The position numbers and the translations under genes were made by a program. Shown here in pieces: positions 1-14,145 of a stretch of DNA of 64,000 nucleotides (its first letter is position 1; every line of letters begins with the position of its first letter). Under the pieces are notes generated by a model. The model had not been told where the DNA came from. It ran no database searches and saw only the letters and a list, made by a program, of their open reading frames with translations. Source of the DNA: Octopus vulgaris (lineage: Eukaryota); NCBI GenBank assembly GCA_951406725.2, contig OX597820.1:8432001-8496000 (forward strand), read 5' to 3'.

Positions 1-1940
1 TTCCTTATCGCATACCTTGCTGTCAGCTGGGGTATGCTATATCTATGATCCACCATCGTTTGCTTTCTTTCTCAATCAACACTATGTCTAGTTTCCTATT
101 CTCCATATCATGGTCGTACTTAATCGTAAACCCATAGGATCCTTGCATTATCATTTTCGATGATGCCTTCGGGTTTATGTTCGTACCACTTTTTTGCACT
201 GTCAAGTCCACACTTGTTGCAAACTGTCCAATGGACAATCCTTTCTATGTTGTCATGACGTCTCTTATATTCTTTCTGGGCTACTGCAGTACACTGACTG
301 GTAATATGCCATATGGTTTCACCATTTTGTCCACAAATTCTACACTTATCACTTTCTAAAGTGTTGTCTATTCTGTATTTGATGTAATTGGTTCTTAATG
401 CTTGCTCTTGGGCAGCTCATATTAGAGTTTTCGTTTCCGGTTTTAAACCACTTTTAGTCATCCATAGCCATCTTTTTTCTCTGTCTTATCTACAATATCC
501 CTATGAAATTGTTCATGCATTCTTTTCTTTATCCATCTAGTTTCAGTTTCATTCATTCTCAAGTGCTTGCACTGTACTTTAGCTTTGCAATCTTCCGTCC
601 AACACAAGCCTGACCTTCCTACATCCAATAATGGTGGTTCTGTGGCATTTTTTACGCATCATGTTATGTTGTTTTCTGCTGCTTTAATTCTGTGTTGGCA
701 TCCAATCAGTCCTCTTCCCCCTCTTTTTTTGGTACATACAGCCTGTCTGTATCATTCTTTTGGTGGAGTATCCCATATTTAGTCAGCAACTTCCTTGTAT
801 TTCTGTCTAAGCTGTTTAGTTTGTCTACTGTACATAGGATCCTATCCATAGGATACATTCTATAATCTAAGAATGTGGGATCATATCGTACGCCTTACAA
901 TAATCAATCCCTGGCATGGCTAACTTAGTTTTTCTCCTCTTGCAGTCTCTAAATACAATTTTGTCTGCCAGGAGTTGATCCATGGCACCTCTGCACTTTC
1001 GCTCGCAAACCCCCTGCTCATGTGGCAGGAGTTCATTTTCTAGTTATCTGTACATTGACCCTGCGACTATTCCAGTCAATAATTTCCAGATAAGCGGCAA
1101 GCAGGATATCGGCCTGTAATTGTATACCGTATTGCCTTTTTCGATTGTGTTACTTGGTCGGCATTTAACAGGGTGTTGAGTTGTGCAGCTATTCGTGCAT
1201 GACATTCACCAAATCTTTGGATCCAGTAGTCTTGAACTCCATTTGGTCCCGGGGCCTTCTAGCTGCCCCATTTTTGCTGATTTCCTTCACTTCCGTAACT
1301 GAAATGACTAGTTATGCCTGTTCTGGACAGACTACTGTTTGTTTCAGTTCTTGCAACCACTCAGTATCCTTCTTGTGCTCCTTGTCTTTGCTCCAAATGT
1401 CCCTCCAAAACCTTTGACTTTCATTTTTATCTGGTATCAACTTTTCATCAAGTGCACTCTCCATTTACTTCTCTATAGAAACTCTTCTGATTTACTCTGA
1501 ATAAACTATTCTGGTGGTAACCCTTCATTCTTTGGTCGTATCTTACCATCTTTGATTTCTTGGCAACGAGGAGCTGTTTCAGTTCCTCCATTACCACTTT
1601 CAGGCCCTTTCTTTCAATATTATACTTCCTGTTCAGCGCCCTGTATTTTTGTTCGCTTTTAAGCTCGCCTTTCTCTCTTTCCGGTCTAACACAGAGATTT
1701 CCTTCGAGAGCATGTCTAACCCTGCCTGGATTCTTCTTTTCCACCAGGGATCTTTTCTTTTGCTACTCCCTTTATGTTTCTTTTTCTTGACATCAACACC
1801 CACATTTTCTGCAACAACAACACTTGCTGCCTTGATCAAATTGTTTGTTCCTGTAATGTTTTTGTTCTGATGTATTTCAGAATTTAATTCACATTTTTTC
1901 GTTTTTTCGTTCAATTTCCACCGATCAACCTTTTTAATGG
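1..1940 (-). mobile_element. Decayed R4/Dong-like non-LTR retrotransposon (RT plus restriction-like endonuclease)
   Basis: Broken ORFs carry DPWWKRRI, the LI.AAQEQALRTNYIKYRID motif and an RLE segment (ENRKLDIVLIEKESKRWWIIDIAYP); many stops and frameshifts. Confidence 0.75.
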
Positions 1941-1959
1941 TACGAACATGAACCAGAAG

Positions 1960-2780
1960 GGGTCACCGAGAACTAGGAACATAAGATACTGTGGGATTTT
2001 ACAATTCAGTGTGGCTCCCTAATCAAGGCTCGGAGACCAGATATTGTTATGGTAGATAAGGAGAAAAACAGAAACCAAGATCATAGATATTGCAATACCT
2101 GGAGATGCACGCATAAGTGACAAAGAATATCATTGTTGTTGCTTTTGTACAGCTTCTAACGCTGGAGATGTCCTACAATGTCAGTTGTTCACTACCAGTG
2201 AACTAAGGTAACACCTCTTATTTTTCGAGCACTTTCCGGAGTATTCGAGCGGTTCCAAACAGTGCTGTGTTCTGAAAGTGCTCCACCCTTATTGCAGTCC
2301 CTATTTGTTCCACGCACTTCTCGAGATTTTTTGCTCACAGTTCCCAGGGCTCCGACAATATTTGGTACTACTGCTACCTTTTTCCATCGATCACAACTGC
2401 TTAACTTCCCAAGCTAACCTGTCATATCGCTCGACTTTATTATTATTGTTGTTGCTGTTGTTGTTTTACTTCTCAGAACGTTCGGTCTTGTTTGTTCTAG
2501 TCGATTGTTTGAGAGCAGACAGCAGCCTATAGTCAGATGTCTCACAGGATATCTTTCCGCACATTATAAGCTTTGATACTTGGTTGTTAATTATCGTGGA
2601 AGACATTCAACATCTAAGTACCAATTTCAAAATCCTAGCTGTCCCCAGCAGAGTAGTTTTGGGGGTTTGCTTTGCTCTCACATCAATTCCGATTTCTCTG
2701 ACATATGTCTCGAACTTCGTTGTTAGTGCTCCGAGTGCCCCTACAACTACTGGAATGACAGACACTCTCCCATGCACTCT
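1960..2780. mobile_element. Rearranged fragments of RLE-LINE 3' regions on both strands
   Basis: ILWDF..Q and RRPDIV..DK-like RLE fragment on +; further 3'-end pieces on - with an (AAT/AAC)n tail near 2436-2465. Confidence 0.5.
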
Positions 2781-2894
2781 ACCCCCATCTGATTATCCAC
2801 AGTCTTCAAAATTATTTGGATGGAAAAAATATGAATTCTATAGACGAGGTCAGAGCAGTAGTGGAGGATAATTTTTTCGTCATGGACATGTGAA

Positions 2895-3192
2895 TTTTGG
2901 AAGAGGGGCCTTGGAATTTTGGAAGGGCCTTGGCATTTTAGAAGAGGGGCCTTGGAATTTTGGAAGAAGGGCCTTGGAATTTTAGAAGAGGGGCCTTGGA
3001 ATTTTGGAAGAAGGGCCTTGGAATTTTAGAAGAGGGGCCTTGGAATTTTGGAAGAAGGGCCTTGGAATTTTAGAAGAGGGGCCTTGGAATTTTGGAAGAA
3101 GGGCCTTGGAATTTTAGAAGAGGAGCCTTGGAATTTTGGAAGAAGGGCCTTGGAATTTTAGAAGAGGGGCCTTGGAATTTTGGAAGAGGGGC
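2895..3192. repeat. 22-bp minisatellite, about 13 units
   Basis: GGCCTTGGAATTTT followed alternately by AGAAGAGG and GGAAGAAG. Confidence 0.95.
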
Positions 3193-3585
3193 CAGATAGA
3201 CGGAAGTGCATTGTAGAAAATGAAAGAGAGTATATTTTAGATTAAAAAAGAACTTTATCTTACTTTTGAAAAATAAAAGAAGTATATATAAAAAAACCGC
3301 ATTATTTATGGGATGACCCAATACACACATACCTGAGTGCATGCGTGTTAATGCCACTGTGCATAGGCCCGTCAGCGACATCAAATCCATTCAACTAAAG
3401 AAATCTGATTAAGACCCATAGAGCTGACTGTCATATCTTTTATATCTGTTAATTAATATAGTCAATTAAAGTATTAATTAGTCAATTATTTATCATATTT
3501 ATTTATTGCCCCTCCTTTTTTGACTGTGTGAAATCAAAAACAGTAAACAACACCAGGTGCTTGTTATTGGCATTAATTGCATCTG

Positions 3586-3599
3586 TGGTGGTGGTGGTG

Positions 3600-3661
<62 letters not shown>

Positions 3662-3801
3662 TGTTGTTGTTGTTGTTGCTACTACTGCGTAATATTTACT
3701 GTCACTTATATCTACTGCTGCTTAACACCACCACCACCACCACTACTACTACTACTACTACCATTACTACTACTACTACAACTACTACTACTACTACTAC
3801 C

Positions 3802-3862
<61 letters not shown>

Positions 3863-3877
3863 TTACTACCACTATTT

Positions 3878-3953
<76 letters not shown>

Positions 3954-4085
3954 TACTGCTGCTGCCGCTGCCGTTGTTGCTGCTGCTGTTGTTGAAGTTT
4001 GCCTTATGTATCATATTAAATATTGCTGTTCTTAACTGGTGCTCTAGCTGTTGTTGTTGTTGTTGTTGCTGTTGCTGTTGTTGTC
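3586..4085. repeat. Compound trinucleotide microsatellite (GGT/AGT/TGT, then ACC/ACT, then TGT/TGC)
   Basis: Directly visible. Confidence 0.95.
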
Positions 4086-4323
4086 AGTAAATCTCCTTAA
4101 ACTCAGGAAATGAGGCAACTTCAATCAATTACATGACTCCATAAAAAAAGAGAAAACTACTTTCTTGGTCGTGGGAAATGTTTAGCGCAGCTGACCACTG
4201 GACACTCGTGCACACACACATACTGTTTACAAGTATCTACAAGTTTTCCCTCCTCTCCATCCTTTTTTCTCTCTGCCTCTCTCCATCTCTGTCTATCTGT
4301 GTATTCATACAGACTCACATTAG

Positions 4324-4369
<46 letters not shown>

Positions 4370-4604
4370 TATATATAAGGGGGCCCCGCCATGTCGAAAA
4401 CGGTAAAGGAGTAGGGGCCGAAACTGGACGTGGTTCCTCCTGATGATGTCTTTAGCCACTGGATCCTGTAAAGGAGCTGTCGAGGTAGCGAACCACGAAT
4501 TCCTCCTACATCAATATATACTTTAAATACTTTGATAGGTTTTGGCCAGTATTGGCCCAGGCCATGTCTAACTTAATAGCACCACATACACACACACACG
4601 CACA

Positions 4605-4676
<72 letters not shown>

Positions 4677-4756
4677 TTAATCAGTATTAAAAACTGAAGT
4701 GAGGTGAAGAAGTAAAATGATTTGGTCCCGCCATTTATCATTTTTCATTGTATATA

Positions 4757-6003
4757 CAGGGGTTGGACAAAATAATGGAAACACCTTAAAATTTCAAATA
4801 AATTTATTTTAATATGGGGTAGGATCGCGTTTGGCAGTAGTTACACCATGAGCTCTACGAGGTATGGACTCATACAAAGTTTGATTTGTTTCCAAAGGAA
4901 TTTTTGTCCATTCTTCAGCTAAAACAGTCTCCAGTTCTTATAGTGATGATGGTGGAGGATATCGACTCCTTAGTTGTTTTTCTAAAATGCACCATAAATG
5001 TTCAATAATATTGAGATCTTGGGACTGTGGTGGCCAGATGAGATGTTCAACTTCACTAGAATGAGCCTCGTGCCATTCAATAACAACTTTAGCTGTGTGA
5101 ATTGGTGCATTATCATCCTGAAAGATTGCGTTTCCCTCCGGAAACAGTTCTGCAGCCATAGGATGAATTTGATCAGATAAAATGCTTAAATAGTCTTGAC
5201 TGTTAATTCTGCCATGAAGAGAAACCATTGGACTGGCGGATTTCCAAGATACAGCCCCCAGTTCATCACAAATACTCCGCCATGTTTAACAATTGGAAAA
5301 AAGGCAGTCTGGGTCAAATGCTTCTTTTGGCTGTCTCCATACGTATACTCGGCCGGTGGTCGGAAATAAGGTAAAGGTTGACTCGTCCGAGAAAATAACA
5401 TTCTTCCACTGCTCTAGGGACCAATTCTGTAGGTTTTTACTCCACTATAAACGCTTTGCAACGTTTGTTTTTGAAAGTAGTGGTTTTCTGATTGCAGCCC
5501 TCCCGTGAAATCCGGCTTTGTGCAGTTTTTGTGGAAACTGGGTTCTCGAAGTGGTCATTAAGCTCTGCAATAATTTTGGGAGCTGTACTTTTGTGATCCT
5601 TTCTAACAATTCGCGTAAGAGTTCGACGGTCCCTATTTGAAAGTTTTGATTTTCTTCCAGAGTTTTGTTTCGACGAGGAGATTTTTCCCTCTTTCTCAAA
5701 GGCTGTCATCACTTCCGAGACAGTACTTCTTGATACACCAAACATTTCGTCTGTCTTCGTTACGCTAGCGCCTGCCGTACGAGCACCAACAATTTGACCT
5801 CTTTGAAAGTCCGATAGATCAGTCATTTCAATGAATTTTAATTACCTTTTTCTCGTGATATCTGAAAAAGAAACAGCAATTTTAGCAAGACATATTAAGG
5901 AACACCAAGAAATCAAAAAACAAAAATAAACAAGCTTTTAACGGTTTTATAGGTATTTCAAAATTATGATGCTAGGTGTTTCCATTATTTTGTCCAGCCC
6001 CTG
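4757..6003 (-). mobile_element. Tc1-family DNA transposon with about 30-bp TIRs and a frameshifted DD34E-type transposase
   Basis: TA|CAGGGGTTGGACAAAATAATGGAAACACCT ... AGGTGTTTCCATTATTTTGTCCAGCCCCTG. ORF fragments read MTDLSDFQRGQIVGAR, FQDDNAPIH and WPPQSQDLNIIEHLW. Confidence 0.92.
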
Positions 6004-6169
6004 CATATTCTATAGATATTGTACATCATTGAAGATCTTACAATGTATATCCGAGAACATCTCTTGTAATGTACATCCGCGAAGATCTCACGCTCCAGAT
6101 CCTTTGGCCACGCGCAAACTAAGTCTGTGACACACTAATTATATATATAAGACAACTCGACATAGTCAC

Positions 6170-8920
6170 ATATATTACATATCGCCCACCAGATGTTCCA
6201 AATCACGGCAGCCTTGCAAGAATAGAAGAGGTTTTAATCAAAATAGAAGAGCATATCAGTGTACTTCTCATGAGAGATTTCAACCTGCCCAATGTGAAAT
6301 GGCCCGAAGGCCTTTTTCTCTCATGAATGACACGATTCGCCGGGCGAAATGCTTAGCGGTATTTCGTCTGTCGTTACGTTCTGAGCTCAAATTCCGCCGA
6401 GACCGACTTTGCCTTTCATCCTTTTGGGATCGATAAATTAAGTACCAGGGGAGTACTGGGGTTGATCTAACCGACTGGCCCCCTCCCCCCCAAAATTTCG
6501 GGCTTTGTGCCTAGAGTAGAAAAGAATATACTCGATCTCTGCTTCAAAAACATAATGTGAAAGTGACAGCGACGCTAATCTCAGATCACAACATAATAGA
6601 GCTGACCATGTATGGACCAAAGGAACCCATAGACATGCAGCCTCTTAGAAGCACCCAAAACCTGTCCAATCGGAGCTATCACAGAGCAGACTGGAAATCA
6701 ATTGAGAAAGAGAAAAACCAAACAGGGCTGGTCCTAGTGTCATTCTACACCTGACATAGACACGAAATTGAAAACCTTCATGTCCATAATGCAAACCACA
6801 TGCTGAGGTTTTCTCCGAGACAGAAGAGCCAATGCATATAAAAGCAAGATTCCCAAGAAGAGGAAAGTTCTTATGGGACGGCGTACAAAGATTGCAAACC
6901 GCCTCAACAGAGAACTCAACGGTGGTAAGAAACAGCGCCTAGAAACAGCACTGCTGGAGATTAAGAAACAACCGAGGCACTCCCATGAGAAGGAAAGATC
7001 AGACAGAGAAGCCTGGGTCATAAGAAATATAAAATCAGGCCCTAAAGCCTTCTTTAAGTACGCCAAGGAGACTGCCTCTGTGCATTGCAGAGTAGGACCA
7101 ATCGTCCAAAATGATGGTAGAGCCAATCGTCCAAAATTCCAGGAAAACCAATGAGGATGAGTGAAACACAGAAGGAACAGTTCAAGAGTCTATTCACCCC
7201 TCCCCTACGGCACATGAAAGTTAGCAAACCTGTAGAATTCTTTTCGGCCCCAGAAGCTGGACATCGAGAAAAGGTTGTGATGCTAGCAATAGACGATATA
7301 GACGCAAACCCAGCTGTTGGCCCTGATGGATTCCCAGCAATCCTCCTCGAGTCATGCAAATGAGTCCTTGCAGAACAACTGCAGCTTCTTTTTCAGAGGT
7401 TCCTCATAAATGGTAAGCTCTCGAACAAACTAAAGGAGGTAATAATATGCCCTATCGATAAAGGAGAAGTCAGAGCGGATGCTAAAAAGGTTAGGCCTAT
7501 CTTTCTGATCTCACACATCAGCAAAGTCATGGAACGAATAGTCCGAAAGAAATTAATTGCATTCCTTGAAGACAATGACTTGCTGACTGACACCCAGCAG
7601 GGTTTTCAACCAAGTAGAAGTTGTCTGACACGGCTCTTGCAGCATTAGGACTGGGTGCTAAAGCAGATGCTCAACAATTCAAACGTGGACGTGATATACC
7701 TCAACTTTTCAAAAGCCTTTGACAAAGTTGACTATGGTCACCAGCCCCAAAATCTTAGGATATCTGGAAAACTTGGAGAATGGCTACATGACTTTCTAAA
7801 AGTTAGAAGTCAGGTAGTGGTGGTCAATGGGCCATCTCAGAGGAAACACAAATAACGAGTGGTGTTCTACAGAGCACTGTCCTGGAGTCGCTGATATTCA
7901 TAGTGGCCCTCTCTGACTTGCCCTCAGTTGCTCAAGTAGCCACCCTTGCCAGCTACGCTGACGATACAACAGCCTCTCAGGGGATACAGGACCCTAGAGA
8001 CGTTGTGCATCTACAACGTGAGTTGGATGCAATATACAGGTGGGGTGAGGAAAATAACATGCAGTTTAATACTGGAAAATTTCAAGCCCTGCGCTACTAA
8101 CACAGGAAGCTCAATAAAAAGCAGATAGGATAGACTAGCCCATGAGGAATTCTAATTCCTGAATCAAAATCAGTGCATGACCCACGTACTGACATGAGCA
8201 ATGATGTATCTTTCCAGGTACACATTACCAAGTTGGCAATAAAATGCAGACGCTTGGCCGGATGGATCCTTCGAACTTTCGAAACAAGAGAAAAGGAAAC
8301 CATGATGGTCCTCTGGAGGACTTTCGTTCTCGGCCATCTGGATTACTGCTTGCAACTGTGGTCAGCAAACAATTAACGATGGAACTCGAGGCGATCCAGC
8401 GAAGCTACACGAAACAGATGGACACAATGCGTCATATCCGCTACTGGTAGAAACTGAAGTAGTTAAAACTCTAGTCCTTGGAGTGAAAGCGGGGAAGACA
8501 TGCAGTAATATACATCTGGAAAACCCTAGAAAATCCTGTACCAAACTTTGGCATAAATAGTAGGACGGGGTACCGCTATATAGTACCAAAAATCCCAAAA
8601 TTGCCATCAGAATACAGAACCAGATACTGCAACAGCTTGGGCTTCAAAGGTCCACAGCTCTTCAATATCCTCCTACAAAGCCTGAGAGACCAGCATGGCG
8701 TGCTTGTAGGCTTTTTCAAAACAAAGTTGGATCTCCTTCTGTCGAGAGTTCCGGATAAACCTACCGCAAGGCAAGAAACACAGATGAGGGCAGCAACATC
8801 AAGCTCCCTCATCCACCAAATGTCACTCATCAGAAGGGGCTTAGTGAAAGTGTATCAAAGTATACGGCGCTGCCCCTGCATGGCCACAGTTCTTTGACTG
8901 AAATTTAAAAAAGAAAAAAA
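6170..8920 (+). mobile_element. Decayed CR1-like LINE ORF2 (APE remnant plus RT), interrupted by a SINE
   Basis: Motifs GPDG, QQGFQP.RSC, YLNFSKAFDKVD, YADD, MQFN..KFQ and LDYC.QLWS; A-rich 3' end; many stops. Confidence 0.85.
6335..6525 (+). mobile_element. tRNA-derived SINE (OK-like), partial
   Basis: CGCCGGGCGAAATGCTTAGCGGTATTTCG...GACTTTGCCTTTCATCC...AAGTACCAG, shared with more than 10 copies in the window. Confidence 0.85.
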
Positions 8921-9238
8921 AAATCTTTGTGGATTTTCTGACCTCACATTCTCCAACGAAGATGCTGAGTTAAAGATCAACAGCAAATATTAACAACAAC
9001 AGCAACTATAATAATCCGTTCTTGTAAATGCACAAGGCCTGCAATTTGCGGAAACGATTCTAATCGATTACATCGTTTCCGGTGTTTGATTTGTATTTAT
9101 TTAATCGCTGCCGAAAGGAGGAAAGGCAAAGTCAACCTCGGTGATATTTGAACTCTTATTTCAAACACCGTTGAACCCCAAGTGCGAACTCGACTGGTAA
9201 GGTCAGTCGCAATGGATATATGATATTGTACACTTTGA

Positions 9239-9291
<53 letters not shown>

Positions 9292-9347
9292 TTTATTTAA
9301 AGCAGCAGAGAATTCAACAAAACCTGTTACTCTGAATTTTCCGTTGC

Positions 9348-9388
<41 letters not shown>

Positions 9389-9812
9389 AGTGTACGTGGT
9401 GAGTACATATATATATATATATACTCACTACGTACACTCACATATACATACGTAGAAGCTTTCACTAGCAAACAACAGGTTTAAGAATTTCTAGTTATTT
9501 CTTTACTAAGTTACGTCAGTGATGTGTCAAGGTTGATGAAATTCGGGTGTTTTCACGACAAACGGAAGTGACCAGACAATCCAGACAGTTGTTTATGGAA
9601 ATAGAATAAAGAAGGAGAACAATAAACAATAGGGTAGAGTTTTATGTTTTTTGTTTTTTTTTTTTTTAAGTTGAAATGTGAAAATTGCTGAGACGCAATA
9701 CTATCTGTGAAAAACCAGTTTCTTGTTTGTAGGAAGAATTTTAAAAATTTAGACAGAGTGAGAAAGAGAGAGGGTATACACATCCACTATACAAACACAG
9801 ACACACACACAC

Positions 9813-9864
<52 letters not shown>

Positions 9865-9894
9865 GTATCATACATACATATATATATATGTATA

Positions 9895-9930
<36 letters not shown>

Positions 9931-9933
<3 letters not shown>

Positions 9934-10167
9934 ATAATAAATATTAGGGAATAAATCCAAATTTACAGGGAAAAAAATCAGATTTAGGATTAAATCCAAT
10001 TTTATAGTAAAATATTATAAAATATTATTAGAGACAAAACCACTATTTTGCAAAACAAACAAGGAAAGACTTAATCAATACATAAAATTTGACTATTTAT
10101 TAAAATTTTATGTATTGATTAAGTCTTTCCTTGTTTGTTTTGCAAAATAGTGGTTTTGTCTCTAATA

Positions 10168-10178
<11 letters not shown>
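9931..10178. mobile_element. (TA)n-embedded fold-back element (about 80-bp tail plus about 75-bp inverted arms); same family as 37305-37673
   Basis: 10016-10090 is the reverse complement of 10103-10178; the tail matches 37305-37381. Confidence 0.8.
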
Positions 10179-10232
<54 letters not shown>

Positions 10233-10254
10233 CATACATACATATATATATGTA

Positions 10255-10320
<66 letters not shown>

Positions 10321-10923
10321 CAATCATTCAGACATATATGAATGCATGTGAACTCATACATTTATACAAACATACGTAAAGATCTACAAATACGAATTTA
10401 TTAAATCATACACAAGTGGGAATCTTTTATGGGAAATTCTTGAAGCAGAAAATGTTGTTGGTTTCAGGTTTTTCAAATTTCCAGTATTTTTTTAAAATGT
10501 ATCTAAAAAAATGGGACAGCTTGTGAATAGGATTCGTGCCTAAACACATTACATTTTATAATATATCGTATACACACCCTGAATGTTGCTTTATATAGGT
10601 TTTTAATAGTTTTTCATACGTAATAAAAGTGAAACATCAGCGTCCGTCTACAGTGTCATGTTTTGCTTAAAAGGTTGCACTACGCGTCCGCTGTTTGTTT
10701 TTTTTTTATTTTTGACTCTGCAGGTTTTAGGTTTTATGTAAAATTAAAAAAAAACAACAAAAAAAACAACAAAGCATTGGGAAAGATTAGAGGGAAATAA
10801 AATGAAAAGCGAAAAACTTCAGTGTTTTTATTTTTAAGACAATGAAGAATTAATGACTCTGGTTATTTTACTGTCGTGAAGGTAAATTCAGATCTTGTGC
10901 AAAAATAATGATTTGTGCTTACT

Positions 10924-10967
<44 letters not shown>

Positions 10968-11039
10968 GTATTTTTTTTTCTTGTTTCAGCTCAGAGCTGC
11001 GACCATTCTGATGCACCGCCGTTTTATGCTACAGTGTTA

Positions 11040-11480
11040 TTACGAAGAACCTCCTCTAATATGTGGCACTTGGTGAAGAATGGAGTTTGATATAGCTACC
11101 CTCATTTGCACCTCTTGCCGTGAGGTAGGTTCATCTGGGACTCTCGACAGGAAGATGTCCAGCTTTGATTTAAAAAACGCTACATCTACTTTGTACAAGT
11201 TCCTCAGACTCTTTGGGAGAATATTAAAAAGCTGTGGGCCCTTGAAACCCAGGCTGTTGCAGAAGCTGGTCCTGAAGCGTGATGGCATTGCTGGGATCTT
11301 TGGCACTACGCAGTGTCGTCCCGTTCTAGCATTGGTGTAGCTTACGATGCAAAATTTGGCACAATTCCTTCCAGGATCTTCCAGACATATATTACTGCAT
11401 ACTTCTCCCGTCTTCTCTCCAGGGAGTAGAGTCTTAGTTGTTTCAATCTTTCCCAGTAGCTGAGCTGTTGCAAAGATGAC
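11040..11480 (-). mobile_element. 3' fragment of the same CR1-like LINE family
   Basis: YWERLKQLRLYSLERRRE and CNSLGFKGPQLFNILP match the 8440-8830 region. Confidence 0.85.
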
Positions 11481-11896
11481 GATCTTCTTTGTGAATCTTC
11501 TCTGAATTGCTTCAAGGGGACAGCCACATTTGAGAAATTTCGGCGGGGTCGATATAATCGACTTAATCCGTTTGTCTATCCTTGTTTGTCCCCTCTGTGT
11601 GTAGCCCCTTGTAGGCAGTAAAGAAATAAGAAATGTTGGAAGAAGTGCCGCCTATTCTGGTTAGTGAAACTGAAAATGCTCTCAAGCTGATGAAAGCAGA
11701 CGACATAGCAATAGAGAAGTTAAGGTCAAAAGCTGAAGGAGGGTCAAATATTCTCGCTGTGGGAAGAGACGAAAACCATTTTGTTTCATTAGAAGGATGA
11801 TACAGAAGCTGTTGCCCCATATGCCACAGGTCACATTTTTTAAGTGGTTTACAAAACACAGATATAAACATAATATTTACACTTGTAAGTTCATAA

Positions 11897-11936
<40 letters not shown>

Positions 11937-12277
11937 GTAAGCGCATATGCGTATGCATACATCTCTGCATGCATACATATACGCACACTCACAATATACA
12001 ATATATAATCTGCCCTGTTTATAATCATACCATATGTTGCACACACACACACACATACATATTTGTGCATGTGTGTGTGTATGTATATATATGTGTGTAA
12101 GTATATATATATGTGTGTGTGTACGTATATATATATGTGTGTGTACGTATATATATATGTATGTGTATGTATATATATATATATATGTATATATAGATAT
12201 GTGTGTATGTATATATATATGGGTGTGTGTATGTATATATATATATATGTGTGTGTATGTATATATGTGTGTGCATG

Positions 12278-12312
<35 letters not shown>

Positions 12313-12329
12313 ATATATATGTATGTATG

Positions 12330-12362
<33 letters not shown>

Positions 12363-12379
12363 ATGTATATGTATGTATG

Positions 12380-12418
<39 letters not shown>

Positions 12419-13354
12419 ATATATACACACACAATTCACCTGGGACCTAGGAAGCTACCACTTAACATTGTCTCTTCGTATCTTTGTAGTTTATTACTCA
12501 GACCCTTCAACGAGGCAGTAGGGGGCGCTTCTTTGTCATAACAGTTATTAATGAGACTGACAGGTGGCGCTAGATGTCATCATGCGGTTGTTAATTATTT
12601 CTGCAAGCGAAGAAAATCGCTCAACATTTTACACACACTTTAATATGATTGTCTCTCTCTCGAATCCAATGGTGACCATCTCGCCTTTATTTACGGACCC
12701 CCCCCACCTCCACCCTTAAAGTTTATCTTCGTTCTCAGATGAGGCATATTAATGTTTGGCGCAGAAAGGCCCGATGACTGCCTGTTTCCCCTCTTCCCTT
12801 TTTTTTTTGGTTTTGCTTCTGCAAGTAATTTTGAGCAGGTCTTTCACCGATGTCTTTAACCACCACCCCCTCCTCGCCACCACCACCACCATGTAGAATG
12901 ATGGATAACATCGTTCTTCACTCTTGAAGAGTGGACGTTGCTTTTTGGGGAAATACTCTTTACTTGGTCGTTGAACCGCTTCCTTGTTTTTTTTTGGGGG
13001 GGGGGGTTCAGCCAAACGTTCACCATAGAGTGACCAGTTTGGCTGAAAAGAGGCGAGACCAGATGGACATGTCCGAAATATCCGAAATATCGCTCTTGGT
13101 GTTGGTTCAAAAAGGAATTTCTGTCTGCGTAATCGCTCTCCAAAATGGCTGAAAGAATTATTTGGAGACACTGGACGATAAACGGTTATTTAAGGTCCCA
13201 GTTTTACTTCCACACAGATTACCAGTACACGAGGACCTTGAAATGGTGGCTGAGCTCTTTGTTTAGAAAGTCTCCCTAATGCAGAAAAGGATAGATGTGG
13301 GGGACAGAATCGAACTCTGGAGAATATCAGAGCTAACAGAATGTAAGTCAAAGA

Positions 13355-13722
13355 GTGGAGGCGCAATGGCCCAGTGGTTAGGGCAGCGGACTCGCGGTCG
13401 TAGGATCGCGGTTTCGATTCCCAGACCGGGCGTTGTGAGTGTTTATTGAGCGAAAACACCTAAAGCTTCACGAGGCTCCGGCAGGGATGGTGGTGATCCC
13501 TGCTGTACTCTTTCACCACAACTTTCTCTCACTCTTACTTCCTGTTTCAAGGCTCCGGCCTTGTCACTCTCTGTGTCACGCTGAATATCCCCGAGAACTG
13601 CGTTAATTGTACACGTGCCTGTGGAGTGCTCAGCCACTTACACGTTAATTTCACGAGCAGGCTGTTCCGTTGATTCAGATCAACCGGAACCCTCGTCGTC
13701 GTAACCGACGGAGTGCTTCCAC
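13355..13722 (+). mobile_element. tRNA-derived SINE (OR1-like) with 10-bp TSD AAGTCAAAGA
   Basis: A/B-box head GTGGAGGCGCAATGGCCCAGTGGTTAGG...GGTTTCGATTCC; TSD at 13345-13354 and 13723-13732. Confidence 0.9.
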
Positions 13723-14104
13723 AAGTCAAAGAATCTGAATCCACCACCGCAGACCACTTCCGTACGATGTAATAGAAAGTTAACAATATATGCAATGAGA
13801 AAAGGATGAAGCGTTTCGGCAGCAGATTCCTATCTCATCTACACTCAAAAGTTTGACTGACGTCGAGCTTAACAAGATTGCTTTCGCCAAATTCTTCTAG
13901 AGTAAGAGTCTGTGTGATTTAGGGGAGGAGGTCAGTAGTGGAATGGCTTTACGGCAGTCGTACTTGTGATTGTAAAAGGAAAAAGAGGCAGAGGAGGGGG
14001 AGGAGGAATGGAAGTAAGGGGACGCAAATATACCAGCATCGGTTGTCAAGCGATGTTGGGGGTGGGGGCAAAAACAAACACACAAACATATACACATACA
14101 TACG

Positions 14105-14145
<41 letters not shown>

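Noticed and set aside
2895-3192. CRISPR-like regular repeats
   Set aside because: Units are contiguous with no unique spacers, the context is eukaryotic, and no cas genes are present.
13355-13430. tRNA gene
   Set aside because: It is the tRNA-derived head of a TSD-flanked SINE present in three copies, without a complete cloverleaf.
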